Part shown: positions 19,605 to 30,549 of the stretch, piece after piece
Numbering within the stretch: the stretch's first letter is position 1
Layout of the letters: each line of letters starts with the position of its first letter
IMG/VR virus record: IMGVR_UViG_3300028048_000072
Location: 68,723-132,722 of that record
Direction: 5' to 3' (one strand)
Source of the DNA: a virus
Taxonomy: Duplodnaviria; Caudoviricetes
DNA length: 64,000 nt
The notes under the pieces: generated by a model
The model's database searches: none
Told to the model about the DNA's origin: nothing
Seen by the model: only the letters and a program-made list of their open reading frames with translations
Program-made: the position numbers and the translations under genes

Positions 19605-20357
19605 ATGACAGTAAATAAAAATTCAATTATTTTGGGTGATTGTTTAAGTGGATTAAAAGAAATTGAAGATAATACATTTGACGTTGCTTTTACATCACCA
19701 CCGTATGGGGATATAGGAACAGAATCTTTTGAAGAAATTAAAGCAAAAGGTAAAGGTAATAATCCTTATGGTACTCATAGAAAATATCTGAATGTCGAAC
19801 AACATATTGATGATTGGTATGAATGGCAAGTTGAAATTATAGATGAACTTCTTAGAATTTGTAAGAAATGGGTAATTTATAATATTGGTGCTATTAAAGT
19901 TAATAGAGAAAATGTTTATAAATTAATCGGTCATTATGCAGACAGAATACATGACGATATTATATGGTACAAAAGTAATGGATTGCCGTGTAGAAACGAA
20001 GGTTCTATTTCTAATACATATGAACATATTCTTTTGATAAAAAAGAATCCAAAAGATATGATTCATGTAAAATCACATTGTTTTAGAAATGTCATTGAAG
20101 AAGGTGTAAATTCACAAAATGAATTTGCACACATTCATCATGCCGTAATGAATAAAAGAATTTCTGATATCTGCATCAATGAATTTACAGATGTTGGTGA
20201 TTTTGTAATTGACCCGTTTATGGGAATGGGAACTACGGCTATGAGTTGTATTGATTTGAAAAGAAATTATTTTGGATTTGAAATTTGTGAAGAATATTAT
20301 AAAAATTGTTTGCAAAGAATTCAAAATAGAAATATGATTAATGATATATGGGAATGA
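19605..20357 (+). CDS. DNA methyltransferase, beta class, probably N4-cytosine
   Basis: TSPPY, HHAV, DPFMGMGTT. Confidence 0.9.
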   Translation: MTVNKNSIILGDCLSGLKEIEDNTFDVAFTSPPYGDIGTESFEEIKAKGKGNNPYGTHRKYLNVEQHIDDWYEWQVEIIDELLRICKKWVIYNIGAIKVNRENVYKLIGHYADRIHDDIIWYKSNGLPCRNEGSISNTYEHILLIKKNPKDMIHVKSHCFRNVIEEGVNSQNEFAHIHHAVMNKRISDICINEFTDVGDFVIDPFMGMGTTAMSCIDLKRNYFGFEICEEYYKNCLQRIQNRNMINDIWE

Positions 20358-20367
20358 GGAATAAATT

Positions 20368-20955
20368 ATGTTGAGAAATGATTTGAATAACTGTGATTTT
20401 ACTTCAATTAAAGAAATAGAAGAACTTAGTTCTGTTAAAATCGCAAGATGTAATGATTTGGTACATGATATGGAAAAGGAAGTGTATAAATATACTAAAC
20501 TTCTTGAACTTGCAGAAGCAGATAGACTTGAAACAATTTCGCATGAAGTATTTTATAATGATTTTGATTTCTGTTTTGATAATCCAAATATCACAATGGA
20601 TAAATTAAATAATTCTGGTGAATCATATTTAAAACACACAATTGAAGAAACTATTGGATTTATTATTGGATATGATGAAAATGAAATTTCAATCACTAAA
20701 ACAATGTTTGAAGGATATGATTGTTATAATCTAAGTATTTATTTTACTGTAGCAGATTATCCAATTACATTTGAATTGCGTATTCCTAACATGAAACAGA
20801 TTAAAGAACATTTCAAAAATATGAATTATGGTAAAATGTTATTGATGTATGAAAGTAAACCTAGTACATGGGAGTTTATTTATGATTCATATAATGAAAA
20901 AGAATTTAAAGATGCTTTTAAAAAATTTATAAACAATAGAATGGGAGAATTGTAA
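20368..20955 (+). CDS. hypothetical protein
   Basis: 195 aa ORF with RBS. Confidence 0.6.
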   Translation: MLRNDLNNCDFTSIKEIEELSSVKIARCNDLVHDMEKEVYKYTKLLELAEADRLETISHEVFYNDFDFCFDNPNITMDKLNNSGESYLKHTIEETIGFIIGYDENEISITKTMFEGYDCYNLSIYFTVADYPITFELRIPNMKQIKEHFKNMNYGKMLLMYESKPSTWEFIYDSYNEKEFKDAFKKFINNRMGEL

Positions 20956-20957
20956 TT

Positions 20958-21233
20958 ATGGCAAAGTATAGTTCAAAAGATATTTATTCTGTATTGTTTT
21001 CTACTACAGATAATTTTTCAGAATCAGACCAAAGTTATTTGTTTGAAAATGTGTTTACTGAAAGTTTTATTGATGATATTAAAAATAATCCAAAGAAAGC
21101 ATATAATGTTTTAAATGAAGTTGTACAGAATATTGAAAAAGGTAAGGAAGATAGAGTTTCTAAAATGTTTAAGAATTATGTAGATAAGATTTACATGATG
21201 AAAAATATGTTAAAAGATTACGGTGGATTTTAA
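20958..21233 (+). CDS. hypothetical protein
   Basis: ORF with GGGAG RBS. Confidence 0.55.
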   Translation: MAKYSSKDIYSVLFSTTDNFSESDQSYLFENVFTESFIDDIKNNPKKAYNVLNEVVQNIEKGKEDRVSKMFKNYVDKIYMMKNMLKDYGGF

Positions 21234-21284
21234 TAGAGTTAATCAATCTTGTTGGACTGTTTGTAAGTTTGAGGGAGTTGCAAG

Positions 21285-21602
21285 ATGTTTGAGAAAGAAG
21301 CAGAAGAATATTTTGAAACTGAATGTTTGCATAGACACGCAGATACAGAAGAACAACTAAAAGAAGATGTTGTGCCTGCATTTCAGAAAGGTGCAGAGTT
21401 CGGATATAACAAGGCAAAGGAAGAACTTGAAAAGGATAATAATAGATTATTTCTTGAAGGTGCTAAAAGAGTTGCAGAACTAGAAGCACAGATTGAGAAA
21501 ATGAAGTGTTGCGGAAACTGTGCAAAGAGAGGGCATATATGCGTAGCAGAAGAAATGCAAGGAAATTTGTGTGGCAAAAATAAGGTTAAATTAAGGAGAT
21601 AA
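21285..21602 (+). CDS. phage hypothetical protein (coiled coil + CxxC)
   Basis: GAGGGAG RBS; KMKCCGNC. Confidence 0.6.
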   Translation: MFEKEAEEYFETECLHRHADTEEQLKEDVVPAFQKGAEFGYNKAKEELEKDNNRLFLEGAKRVAELEAQIEKMKCCGNCAKRGHICVAEEMQGNLCGKNKVKLRR

Positions 21603-21768
21603 AAGAAAATGACCAAAAAGATTAAAGTAATTTTAACTTGCTACAAACAAACATCTTATGAAGATTATACACACTTTTTCAAATCGATAGAAATTGAAGT
21701 GCCTTATAATGAAGGGGAAGAATGGCACGTTTGTGGAGAAGAATACCAAGAACAGGAGATAAAAGAAA

Positions 21769-22326
21769 ATGAATAGAAGAGCAAAACGAAATAAATACAG
21801 AAATAAAGTCAATACTCTCAAAAATGAAGTTCGTGGTTATACAAATGCGTATTATAGTGCGTTATCTGATTTTCGAAAATGTTCTAGGAAACTAGAAGAA
21901 CAAGAAGAAAAGACAAAAGAATATAAAACGAAATATTTCGACCAACTTAAAAAGGAATTTCTCGAAGGTAACAAAGAGTTAGTTACTTTATCTTTAGCAA
22001 TTCCAAAAGACCTTACATTATTAAATTCTCCTATTCCAATAGAAGAATTAGAAAAAGAGCGAAAGAAAGTTCTTTGCTATGAACTTGCCAAAAGTTTATA
22101 TGATAATTTTGATGCACTAAGACGAACGGAATATGAAACTAGTACAAGATTTGATTTGGTGTTGGTGAAATGGAATCAGAGTAATAGAAATATTGATGAT
22201 TGGGATGAGTTCTGCGGTTATGCAGATATTAATCCATACGCAATTAATAATCGTGGTTTTACGGCTAATGAACTTATGAAAGGAAGAAGTAGAAGCAATG
22301 ATATCAGATGTAATTTTGGAGAATAA
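21769..22326 (+). CDS. hypothetical protein
   Basis: AGGAG RBS. Confidence 0.6.
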   Translation: MNRRAKRNKYRNKVNTLKNEVRGYTNAYYSALSDFRKCSRKLEEQEEKTKEYKTKYFDQLKKEFLEGNKELVTLSLAIPKDLTLLNSPIPIEELEKERKKVLCYELAKSLYDNFDALRRTEYETSTRFDLVLVKWNQSNRNIDDWDEFCGYADINPYAINNRGFTANELMKGRSRSNDIRCNFGE

Positions 22327-22329
22327 GAT

Positions 22330-22533
22330 ATGGATTGTAATTGTCAAAAATGTGGTGGAAAAATAGAAAATAATGATTATTTTTTAATTGATTTTTATAT
22401 TACTAAAACTTATACTCAAACACGAATGATATGTAAAAAATGTGCAAAGAAAGTAAAAGGTAGATGTAAGGTGTGTGGTGAAGCAAATGGACGTTGTGAA
22501 CATACATCTGTTCTTTGGAATTTTATGGAGTGA
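22330..22533 (+). CDS. small zinc-finger protein
   Basis: three CxxC pairs. Confidence 0.55.
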   Translation: MDCNCQKCGGKIENNDYFLIDFYITKTYTQTRMICKKCAKKVKGRCKVCGEANGRCEHTSVLWNFME

Positions 22534-22703
22534 ATATTTTATGATGAAACAAATAGAAATAAAGAATGGAATAACAAATCGTGGAGTTTAAAATGTGGTT
22601 AGATGTTTTTATTATTTTATTGGTAGTCTATTTTAGTGAAGAACTTAAAGACCTTGAACTCTAAAAAATTCATAACTATTTTTTATATATCTGAATAAAG
22701 AAT

Positions 22704-23375
22704 ATGGAGCATCCGATGAATTTTTTAGAATTTTATTCTTCTCATTTTGTAGGTTTAACACTAGTAATTTTCTTATTAGTTGCGTTATTGTTAGTTGGTG
22801 TCTTTTTTATCTGTAAAAAGATTTTGAAAGAAAATAAAAAATTAAAAACCCCGTGGTTTGAAATAGCACCTGATTCTGTAAAAACCGCAGAAACGGAAGA
22901 TATGGGTAAAACAAGATTATTGTTAAAAAGACAAATGGAATTTGTCGATAATTATATTAAAGGAACAGAACCTATATTTTTAATGTTAACTAAAAAAGTT
23001 GTTACTGAATCATTAAAAAATCTTTTATTAGATGATATTACAAAAACACATATGATTAGTTGTTTTACTCAAAGTGAAACAAATACATTGATGGAAATAT
23101 TAAAAAGTTATATTAATAATCTTTTAGTTATGAATCATATTGGAACTAATAGAGAAAAAATAGAATCTTATGCTAAAAATCACGTATCACAATTAGCAGG
23201 GATTACAAAACAATTTTATTGTGAATGTTATAATAAATTAAGTGGTGATGTTTGTGTAGATACATTACAGTATTGGAAAGAAATAAATATTGAACCTATA
23301 AGTTGGACTTATGACAGATTACTTGAAATCTTGATAGGTGTTGCAGAATTAAGATATTCTGATTTTAATAAATAA
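22704..23375 (+). CDS. single-TM membrane protein (holin-like candidate)
   Basis: one N-terminal TM helix followed by basic residues; TAACTAT at 22673. Confidence 0.5.
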   Translation: MEHPMNFLEFYSSHFVGLTLVIFLLVALLLVGVFFICKKILKENKKLKTPWFEIAPDSVKTAETEDMGKTRLLLKRQMEFVDNYIKGTEPIFLMLTKKVVTESLKNLLLDDITKTHMISCFTQSETNTLMEILKSYINNLLVMNHIGTNREKIESYAKNHVSQLAGITKQFYCECYNKLSGDVCVDTLQYWKEINIEPISWTYDRLLEILIGVAELRYSDFNK

Positions 23376-23398
23376 AATTTATATGGTGGAGGTATAAC

Positions 23399-23758
23399 AT
23401 GATTAAAAATAAAATTATTGCTATTGACTATGATGGAACTTGTACAGAAAAAAACGAATATCCTAATCTTGGTGTATTGAGAGATGGATTAAAAGGTGTT
23501 ATAGACTTACTTCAAGATAATGAAAATATTTTAATTTTAAATACTTGTAGAAAAGGAAAAGAATTACAAGAAGCCATAGATTTCTTGGAAGAAAATAAAA
23601 TACATTTTGATTATGTAAATGAAAATGTACCTTTTCTTATTGAAAAATATGGTGATTGTAGAAAAATATATGCAGATATTTATATTGATGATAATAATTT
23701 TCTACAGAATAAAGATATAAATTGGTACGATATTTTCAGATATTTTCTTTCTTATTAA
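23399..23758 (+). CDS. HAD-superfamily phosphatase-like protein
   Basis: IAIDYDGT, TCR, K..ADIYIDD. Confidence 0.8.
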   Translation: MIKNKIIAIDYDGTCTEKNEYPNLGVLRDGLKGVIDLLQDNENILILNTCRKGKELQEAIDFLEENKIHFDYVNENVPFLIEKYGDCRKIYADIYIDDNNFLQNKDINWYDIFRYFLSY

Positions 23759-24170
23759 AGGAGATTAAAAAAATGATATATTTAGATGATGCTAAAAATT
23801 TATTAATTGGAACAGATAATTTATTTTGCAAAAACATGATTTGTAAAAATTATAATAATTGTGTACGTGCAGTAAATAATTATAAATTTTTACAGAATGA
23901 AAGATACGGATTGTTTATTTTTGATAAAACAAATCTTTATTATAAAGAAGTTGAAAAATGTAACAATTTTATTCAAAAGGTGTATGAAAATGAAACAAAA
24001 TCAACTAGTAAAAAATCAAGTAAAAAATAAACAGAAAACAAAAAATTGTGCAAATTGTAAATTCTGCAGATGTACAAATACAGAATTTAGTTGTACAATA
24101 TTCAACAAGACCGTATCTGAATGGAATTTATGTTCTCTATTTAAATAATTAATGTGGAGGTTTTTTAATT

Positions 24171-25169
24171 ATGGGAAATATGGTTGTAGTTGGGGATATC
24201 CATGTTCAAGATAAAGAACCTAAAAAATCACAATCTTTAGATTTTTTAGAATGGCTTTTTAATCAAGAATTTAATAATAAAGAAAATATTCTTTTGATTC
24301 TTGGTGATTTATGTGAAATTAACGCATCTTTTGAAATGTTTGGTGAATATGTAAACTTTTTTACAAATAAATCAAAATTTAAGAAAATAATCTGTTTACA
24401 AGGTAATCATGATGCAGTAAATCAGTCTACAATTCTTTCAATTTTTGAACCGTTAAAAAATGTAGAAGTAATTACAGAATATACAAGTTATGAAATTGAA
24501 AATATTAAATGTTTGTTTTTACCACATTATAATCATGAAGGAACTAAAAAAGATTCCATGATTGATTGCTATTCAAATCTGTATAAAGAATTTGAAGATG
24601 TTTCTTTTGATTATGGATTTGCTCATATAGAAGATGAAACAGAACATTTTTCTAAGAAGTTTTGTGACACATCAAAATTGAATGTAAAAACATGGATGAA
24701 CGGTCATATTCATGTACCTACTATTCAAAATGGTGGTCATTATCTAGGTTCACCTATTCTTAATTCGTTTACAGAAAGTGGAAAAACACCTTATGTTGCA
24801 AGTATTAATCTTGAAAACAAAGAATATGAATTAATTGAAGTACCAAAATTTCTTGAATATTATGAAGTAACTTATCCTGAAAAATTACCAAAGATTGATA
24901 CAAAATATGCTCTTTTCTTGGTAAGAGATTCTATTGATAAAGAAACTACAATTGAAGAATATTCAAAACAAGCAGAAGAATTAGGATATAAATTTTATAC
25001 AAGAAGAATTTTGAGTAAAAAATCTGTATCTGATATTGATTCTAATGTAGAAAATGTTGATAATATCTGTACTTTTGATGTATTTGCAAAAGAAAAAGAA
25101 ATATCTGATGATATTGCAGATATTTGTAAAGAAATTATTAAATTGAAAGGGGAAATTGTAAATGCTTAA
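24171..25169 (+). CDS. sbcD: Mre11/SbcD-like nuclease
   Basis: GDIH, LGD, GNHD, GHIH metallophosphoesterase motifs. Confidence 0.85.
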   Translation: MGNMVVVGDIHVQDKEPKKSQSLDFLEWLFNQEFNNKENILLILGDLCEINASFEMFGEYVNFFTNKSKFKKIICLQGNHDAVNQSTILSIFEPLKNVEVITEYTSYEIENIKCLFLPHYNHEGTKKDSMIDCYSNLYKEFEDVSFDYGFAHIEDETEHFSKKFCDTSKLNVKTWMNGHIHVPTIQNGGHYLGSPILNSFTESGKTPYVASINLENKEYELIEVPKFLEYYEVTYPEKLPKIDTKYALFLVRDSIDKETTIEEYSKQAEELGYKFYTRRILSKKSVSDIDSNVENVDNICTFDVFAKEKEISDDIADICKEIIKLKGEIVNA

Positions 25170-27399
25170 ATTAAATAAACTTACTCTTAAAGGATTTGGA
25201 ATTTTTAAGGAAGAAAAAGTTTTTGAATATGAAAACAATTTCAATATTCTTCATTGTGAAAACGGTAAAGGTAAAACAACTTCTTTTAATGCTATAGAGA
25301 TGTTGTTGATTTCAAATTATGACGGTTCATATTCAGATTATTTGAATACTGAATCAGAAGAATTTAAAATTTCATTGGATTTTAATTTAAATAAATATCA
25401 TCTTTATGAAGAACTTATTTATAATGGAACTACATCCACTAGAGTATTGAAAAATGCAGATACAGATGAAGATTTAGCAAGTGGTGAAAAAGTAAAAGTA
25501 TGGTTGAATAAATATCTTCCTACATCAATTACAAAATATGCTCTTTTTGCTAGACAGAATTCTAAAATTGATATTATTAACTGTTCAGATTCAGAAAGAC
25601 GTGATATTTTTAAGAAAATTCAAGATTTGGATTATTCTAAAGAAATTGAAACAATTATTGTGCCAAAGATAAATTCTGTTAAAGAATCAATTACAAATGT
25701 TGATAAAGAAATTTTTGCATTGGAAAATAAAAAATATCAGAAAGAAGATTTATTGGAATATCCTTTTACAGAAGAAGAATATGAAAATAAAAAACTTAAA
25801 GTAGAAAGCATCAATTCTAAAAAATCATTGTTTGAAGAAAAACTAAAGCAGAAAGAAAACATGATTTCTAGGGCAAATTCTATTGAAGAAGAAATAAATG
25901 AACTTAAAGATAATAAAGAAGAATCTTTGTCAAAAATTGATGATTGTAATACAAAGATTGAAAAAATTAAATCTGATTTGGAAAATGAAAAAATCAGTAA
26001 AGAATCTAGTATTAGTGAAAAAGAACGTGCGATTTCTTCCCTAACTTTAGAAAAAGAAAATTTGAGAGTAAAAAAAGAAGAAGAAAAGAACAATTTGGAA
26101 AAAGTTGTAAAAACTAATACTAGTGAATTAGCAGATATTGATTCTAAACTTGAAAATATAAAGTTGAAGAAAATTGTAAAATTCAATGATAATTTATTGG
26201 ATGATGCTATTTTTAAGGTATCTGAAAAGAAAACAGAAATTACACTTAAAGAAAAAGACATGGAATCATTAAAAGATGGAATATGTCCTATTTGTGGTTC
26301 TAATTGTACTCATAAATTAAGTGAATATACTGATGATGTAAATAAATTGAAGTTGGAATTAGTATCATTAAACAACAATGTATCTTCATTGAAAGCAAAA
26401 AAATTAGAAGTTGAGGATGATATTAAAAAGAATGATGATTTGAAAACATTGAAGATGAATCTTTCTAGTACAAGAGATAAGATTGTATTCAATATTGAAA
26501 ATGCCAATATTAAATTAGAAAATTTGGATGTAAATTATGAAAAGCAATATGAATTAATTGATGAAAAAATTACCAATAATGAAAAATCTATTGAAGATAT
26601 TAAAACTCAATCTGATTCATTTGTTCAGTCATCAGAAGAAATGAAAAATCATCTTGATTCAATGATTACTTCATTAGAATCATCAATTAAAGATACAGAA
26701 AAGAAAATCACTAAAAAAGAAGATGAAATTTCTAAATTAAAAGATGAAATTGATTCTATAAATGAAGATTCTTTTGATGATGAAGAATTAAATAAACTTA
26801 ATGAAGAAATTTCTTCTTATGAAAATGTCGTAAGTAAGAATAAATTCATTAAAGAAAATAATTCAAAGTTGGATGTAGAAAAAGAAAATGATTCTAAAAA
26901 ATTGGAAGGATTTAAAGATGAAAGAAAGAAATATGAAAATCAGTTATTCAATTTAGAATCTGCAAAATCTATTATGACTAAAGACTATCCTAATTGGGTA
27001 ATTGAAAATTCCATTCAAAATATGGAAAACAGTATGAATGAATTTATTAATGATATTTATTATAAACCGTTATACATTTCATTAAGGTCTACAAAAACAT
27101 CAATTAAATTGGAATATGGTAAAAATGAAAATCATAAACTTCCATGTAGCCGTTTAAGTGGTGCAGAAAAACAGATTGTAAACCTTGCGTTTATAAACAA
27201 CTTCAATAAAATGCTAGGATTGAATGTTATTTTCTTAGATGAAATTGATGCTCCATTAGATAATGACAGAAAAGAAATTTTATATGAATCATTATTAAAT
27301 CTTAGTAATGTTTATGAACAAATTGTAGTTGTAACTCATTCGGATAAAATGAATAATTATATTAAGGCAAATACTGAATGTAATTCATTGATATTGTAA
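25162..27399 (+). CDS. sbcC: Rad50/SbcC-like SMC ATPase
   Basis: NGKGKTT, coiled coil with CPICG hook, LSGAE, IFLDE, VTH. Confidence 0.9.
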   Translation: MLKLNKLTLKGFGIFKEEKVFEYENNFNILHCENGKGKTTSFNAIEMLLISNYDGSYSDYLNTESEEFKISLDFNLNKYHLYEELIYNGTTSTRVLKNADTDEDLASGEKVKVWLNKYLPTSITKYALFARQNSKIDIINCSDSERRDIFKKIQDLDYSKEIETIIVPKINSVKESITNVDKEIFALENKKYQKEDLLEYPFTEEEYENKKLKVESINSKKSLFEEKLKQKENMISRANSIEEEINELKDNKEESLSKIDDCNTKIEKIKSDLENEKISKESSISEKERAISSLTLEKENLRVKKEEEKNNLEKVVKTNTSELADIDSKLENIKLKKIVKFNDNLLDDAIFKVSEKKTEITLKEKDMESLKDGICPICGSNCTHKLSEYTDDVNKLKLELVSLNNNVSSLKAKKLEVEDDIKKNDDLKTLKMNLSSTRDKIVFNIENANIKLENLDVNYEKQYELIDEKITNNEKSIEDIKTQSDSFVQSSEEMKNHLDSMITSLESSIKDTEKKITKKEDEISKLKDEIDSINEDSFDDEELNKLNEEISSYENVVSKNKFIKENNSKLDVEKENDSKKLEGFKDERKKYENQLFNLESAKSIMTKDYPNWVIENSIQNMENSMNEFINDIYYKPLYISLRSTKTSIKLEYGKNENHKLPCSRLSGAEKQIVNLAFINNFNKMLGLNVIFLDEIDAPLDNDRKEILYESLLNLSNVYEQIVVVTHSDKMNNYIKANTECNSLIL

Positions 27400-27456
27400 T
27401 ATTTTACAAAATGTTTTTTTTTTTGATACTATATAGGGTATAGGAGATATTTAATT

Positions 27457-27780
27457 ATGAAAGGTATTGATTTAGATGATATTCTTTTTACTGTAGTTTA
27501 TGCTAGAAATGATTCAGATTTTAGTGGTGGTCATGAGTTTTCTAAAGGTGATACTTTTGATGGAACTGATGATTTTAAGTATGAACTTGATTCACATGCA
27601 GAATCCATCAATGGTTATTATGATGTGATTGCAGATGGTAGAAATGGTGATTTGATTGCCATTCAATTTTATGGACTTGACCCTATTTCTAATGAAGATA
27701 TTGAAGATGCTTATATTGAAGTAAGATGTTCATTGAGAGAAAGTGCAATTCCTACAATTGGTGAAGTATTAGGAAAATAA
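27457..27780 (+). CDS. acidic hypothetical protein
   Basis: AGGAG RBS; ATACTAT motif upstream. Confidence 0.6.
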   Translation: MKGIDLDDILFTVVYARNDSDFSGGHEFSKGDTFDGTDDFKYELDSHAESINGYYDVIADGRNGDLIAIQFYGLDPISNEDIEDAYIEVRCSLRESAIPTIGEVLGK

Positions 27781-27926
27781 AAAAAATAATCATTTAAAAT
27801 TACTGTAATAATCCTTTACTATTTTTCTAGTAAAGGATTTTTTTATTTTAGTTTTTAACTTGAATGATGTTATACGATAGATTATACTAATATAAAACTT
27901 GATATATTAGAAGGAAGAATAAATTT

Positions 27927-28601
27927 ATGGCAAGATTAACAGTAAAAGACATTAATATTTCTCTTTTGGAAGAATTAATTGATGGTAAATTTATTTCTGA
28001 TTATGACGGTCTTATTGAAGCCTATAATCGTGGTATTGCTAACAGACTTTCTAAAGATACGGGAATTTCTTTTTCTAGTAATATTGATGAAGTTTACAAT
28101 AAAAATGTAGACATTCATTTGAATGGTGATGTTTTAGGATTCCATAATTCAAATACTTATGAAGATTTATTGGATTTGGTAAATTCTAAACTTGGTGCTA
28201 GTGGAAGTAATGCAAGATTTGAATCTGAATTGAAAAACAGATTTGGTTATACTTTTGGTGATAGAGGTTCATACATTCCATACTTTGAAACAGATGAACT
28301 TTATTGGAAAGCATATTCTGATTATGGTCAGGAAGATATTCTTGAACTCATTTACTATGGAATTTATGGTGAATATCATAAAGATAGGGGATATGCTCTT
28401 GAACTTAGAAAGAAATATTTTGAACAAGATGATTGGAATAAACCATATTATTACAGTGGTAGAATTGATGAACTTGGTATTGATGTAACATTTATGAAAA
28501 ATGGTAAGATGAAGATTAAGACAAAAATGCCAAAGGAATTTTGGTATAACATCTTAGAATTTTATGCTATAGTGGATTCCAATAAATATCATCATTCATA
28601 A
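27927..28601 (+). CDS. hypothetical protein (host gene of a homing-endonuclease insertion)
   Basis: 224 aa ORF; a similar 3' end recurs at 29436-29471. Confidence 0.65.
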   Translation: MARLTVKDINISLLEELIDGKFISDYDGLIEAYNRGIANRLSKDTGISFSSNIDEVYNKNVDIHLNGDVLGFHNSNTYEDLLDLVNSKLGASGSNARFESELKNRFGYTFGDRGSYIPYFETDELYWKAYSDYGQEDILELIYYGIYGEYHKDRGYALELRKKYFEQDDWNKPYYYSGRIDELGIDVTFMKNGKMKIKTKMPKEFWYNILEFYAIVDSNKYHHS

Positions 28602-28618
28602 AAGGAATTATATACATT

Positions 28619-29434
28619 ATGAATAAATATAAAATTTATTATATTTATGAAATTAAAAATTTGATTAATAATAAAACATATCGTGGAAAAAGAGAATGTT
28701 GGGTGAATACTTTCATAGATGTATATAGTGATGATTATATGGGAAGTGGTAAATATTTAAAACACGCTATAAATAAATATGGAATAAATAATTTTTCAAA
28801 ACGAATATTGACTTTTGCAGAAGATTCTGACGAATTAAATATATTAGAAATTCAATATATATTGTGTGGTAAAAATATAGGAAAGTGTGAATATAATATT
28901 GCTAAAGGAGGTAATGGTGGAAATATTTTTGAATATATGAGCGATGAGGATAAAGCGATTATTGGTAAAAAAATATCAATTCACAATAAAGGTAGAAAAG
29001 GTTGGAATAAAGGAAAACATCATAGTTATGAAACTAGATTAAAAATGATAGAATCTGCAAAAAGAAAACCTCCTATGAGTAAAGAAACTATAGATAAAAT
29101 TGCAAAAGCAAATCGTGGTAGAATTGCAAGTAAAGAAACTAGAGAACGTATGAGTATTCGTAAAAAAGGAAAACCATTAAAACATACAGATGAATGGAAT
29201 AAACGTATTGGATTAGCGAATGTAGGTAGAATCGTTAGTCAAAATACCAAAGATAAAATTAGTCAAAGAAATAAAGGTAAAGGGTGTAAAAAAGTTATTT
29301 GTGTAGAATTAAATAAAACGTTTAATTCTATCAGAGATGCAAGTAAAGAATTTAATATAAAAGAAACTCATATTTCAAGAGTTTGTAGAGGTGTACGAAA
29401 ATCCACAGGAGGATTTCATTGGAAATTTATTTAA
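28619..29434 (+). CDS. GIY-YIG (Seg-like) homing endonuclease with NUMOD3/NUMOD1 domains
   Basis: YIYEIKNLINNKTYRG, YMGSG, YNIAKGG, HSYETRLK repeats, FNSIRDAS...GFHWK. Confidence 0.88.
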   Translation: MNKYKIYYIYEIKNLINNKTYRGKRECWVNTFIDVYSDDYMGSGKYLKHAINKYGINNFSKRILTFAEDSDELNILEIQYILCGKNIGKCEYNIAKGGNGGNIFEYMSDEDKAIIGKKISIHNKGRKGWNKGKHHSYETRLKMIESAKRKPPMSKETIDKIAKANRGRIASKETRERMSIRKKGKPLKHTDEWNKRIGLANVGRIVSQNTKDKISQRNKGKGCKKVICVELNKTFNSIRDASKEFNIKETHISRVCRGVRKSTGGFHWKFI

Positions 29435-29543
29435 TAACGTAGACCCTAAAGGAAATCATCACGTTCTTTAATTCTTGACATACAAAAAAAAAACAGTAAA
29501 ATAACTCCTAGAAAAAAATTTAGTTTTTCTAGGAGATTTTTTT

Positions 29544-29933
29544 ATGAAAGATTATAAAATTAATGTTACATACTGTATCGCAGAAGTATATGAAGATGAT
29601 TATGAAAATGGTGAAGGTGATTATGTAAATCAGTGGGATATGCGTGATGTTGTAGGTGTTTATGATTCCATTGAAAAATTGCTTAAAAAATTAAGCGGAT
29701 GGGGATTTTCTACATCTATCAAAGACTATGGTTTTGACAGTTATAATAACACTATTATTAGTGATTTACTTACAGATGCAGATGGTATGGAAGCATATAA
29801 AACTGATGTTGAAAAATGGAAGAATGGTGAAATCATGCTTTATAATGCTCACCTTAGTTGTGGTGTAGAAATTGTTGCTAGCAGACCTATGACAGATGAT
29901 GATGCAAAAGAATTGGGATTAGAAATTTACTAA
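29544..29933 (+). CDS. acidic hypothetical protein
   Basis: TTGACA promoter; AGGAG RBS inside a hairpin. Confidence 0.6.
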   Translation: MKDYKINVTYCIAEVYEDDYENGEGDYVNQWDMRDVVGVYDSIEKLLKKLSGWGFSTSIKDYGFDSYNNTIISDLLTDADGMEAYKTDVEKWKNGEIMLYNAHLSCGVEIVASRPMTDDDAKELGLEIY

Positions 29934-30057
29934 TTAAATTGTAATTATCTAAAAAAAGAATGTATGTAAAAGTACATTCTTTTTTTTTATTTTTTTCACT
30001 TGATTATTATTATTTATTTTATTATAATTTATAAAAATTAATTCATTGGAGTTTTAT

Positions 30058-30474
30058 ATGAAAAGACTTTTTGAAATGGCAAATTATTATAAAGAAGATT
30101 TAGACCTTCCCGTAAATATTTGGCTTGATGAAGGTGAAACATATAAATTAGGAAAACACGCAAAAAGAATTAAATTTCAGATTAATTACATGGATAAAAT
30201 ACGTGAAGAATATATGTGTCCTATGGAACTTAATGGAGAAATTCCTTATAAAATTTATAAAAAAATTATAAAATCTAAAGATTGGGAAATTACAACTCGT
30301 GATTTGGAAAGAATTAGAAATTTTGTAATTAATAATTCTTATGCTTTAGATTTTCTTGCAGACCAAAGAATTAGAAGAAAAGCATTTGATGAACTTGTAA
30401 TTAAAGGTGGAAATTTTGCATCTGATGAAGAAGTAGAAGAACAGATTGAAATTGTAAATAAAATTGCAGATTAA
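30058..30474 (+). CDS. phage hypothetical protein (EMAN...LPVNIW...H..RIK pattern)
   Basis: GGAG RBS before ATG 30058. Confidence 0.6.
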   Translation: MKRLFEMANYYKEDLDLPVNIWLDEGETYKLGKHAKRIKFQINYMDKIREEYMCPMELNGEIPYKIYKKIIKSKDWEITTRDLERIRNFVINNSYALDFLADQRIRRKAFDELVIKGGNFASDEEVEEQIEIVNKIAD

Positions 30475-30549
30475 TTTTATTTTTTCACTTGACTATTCTT
30501 ATACAATTTGATATATTTATAATATCTTAGTTATATGAGAGGTGTATAT

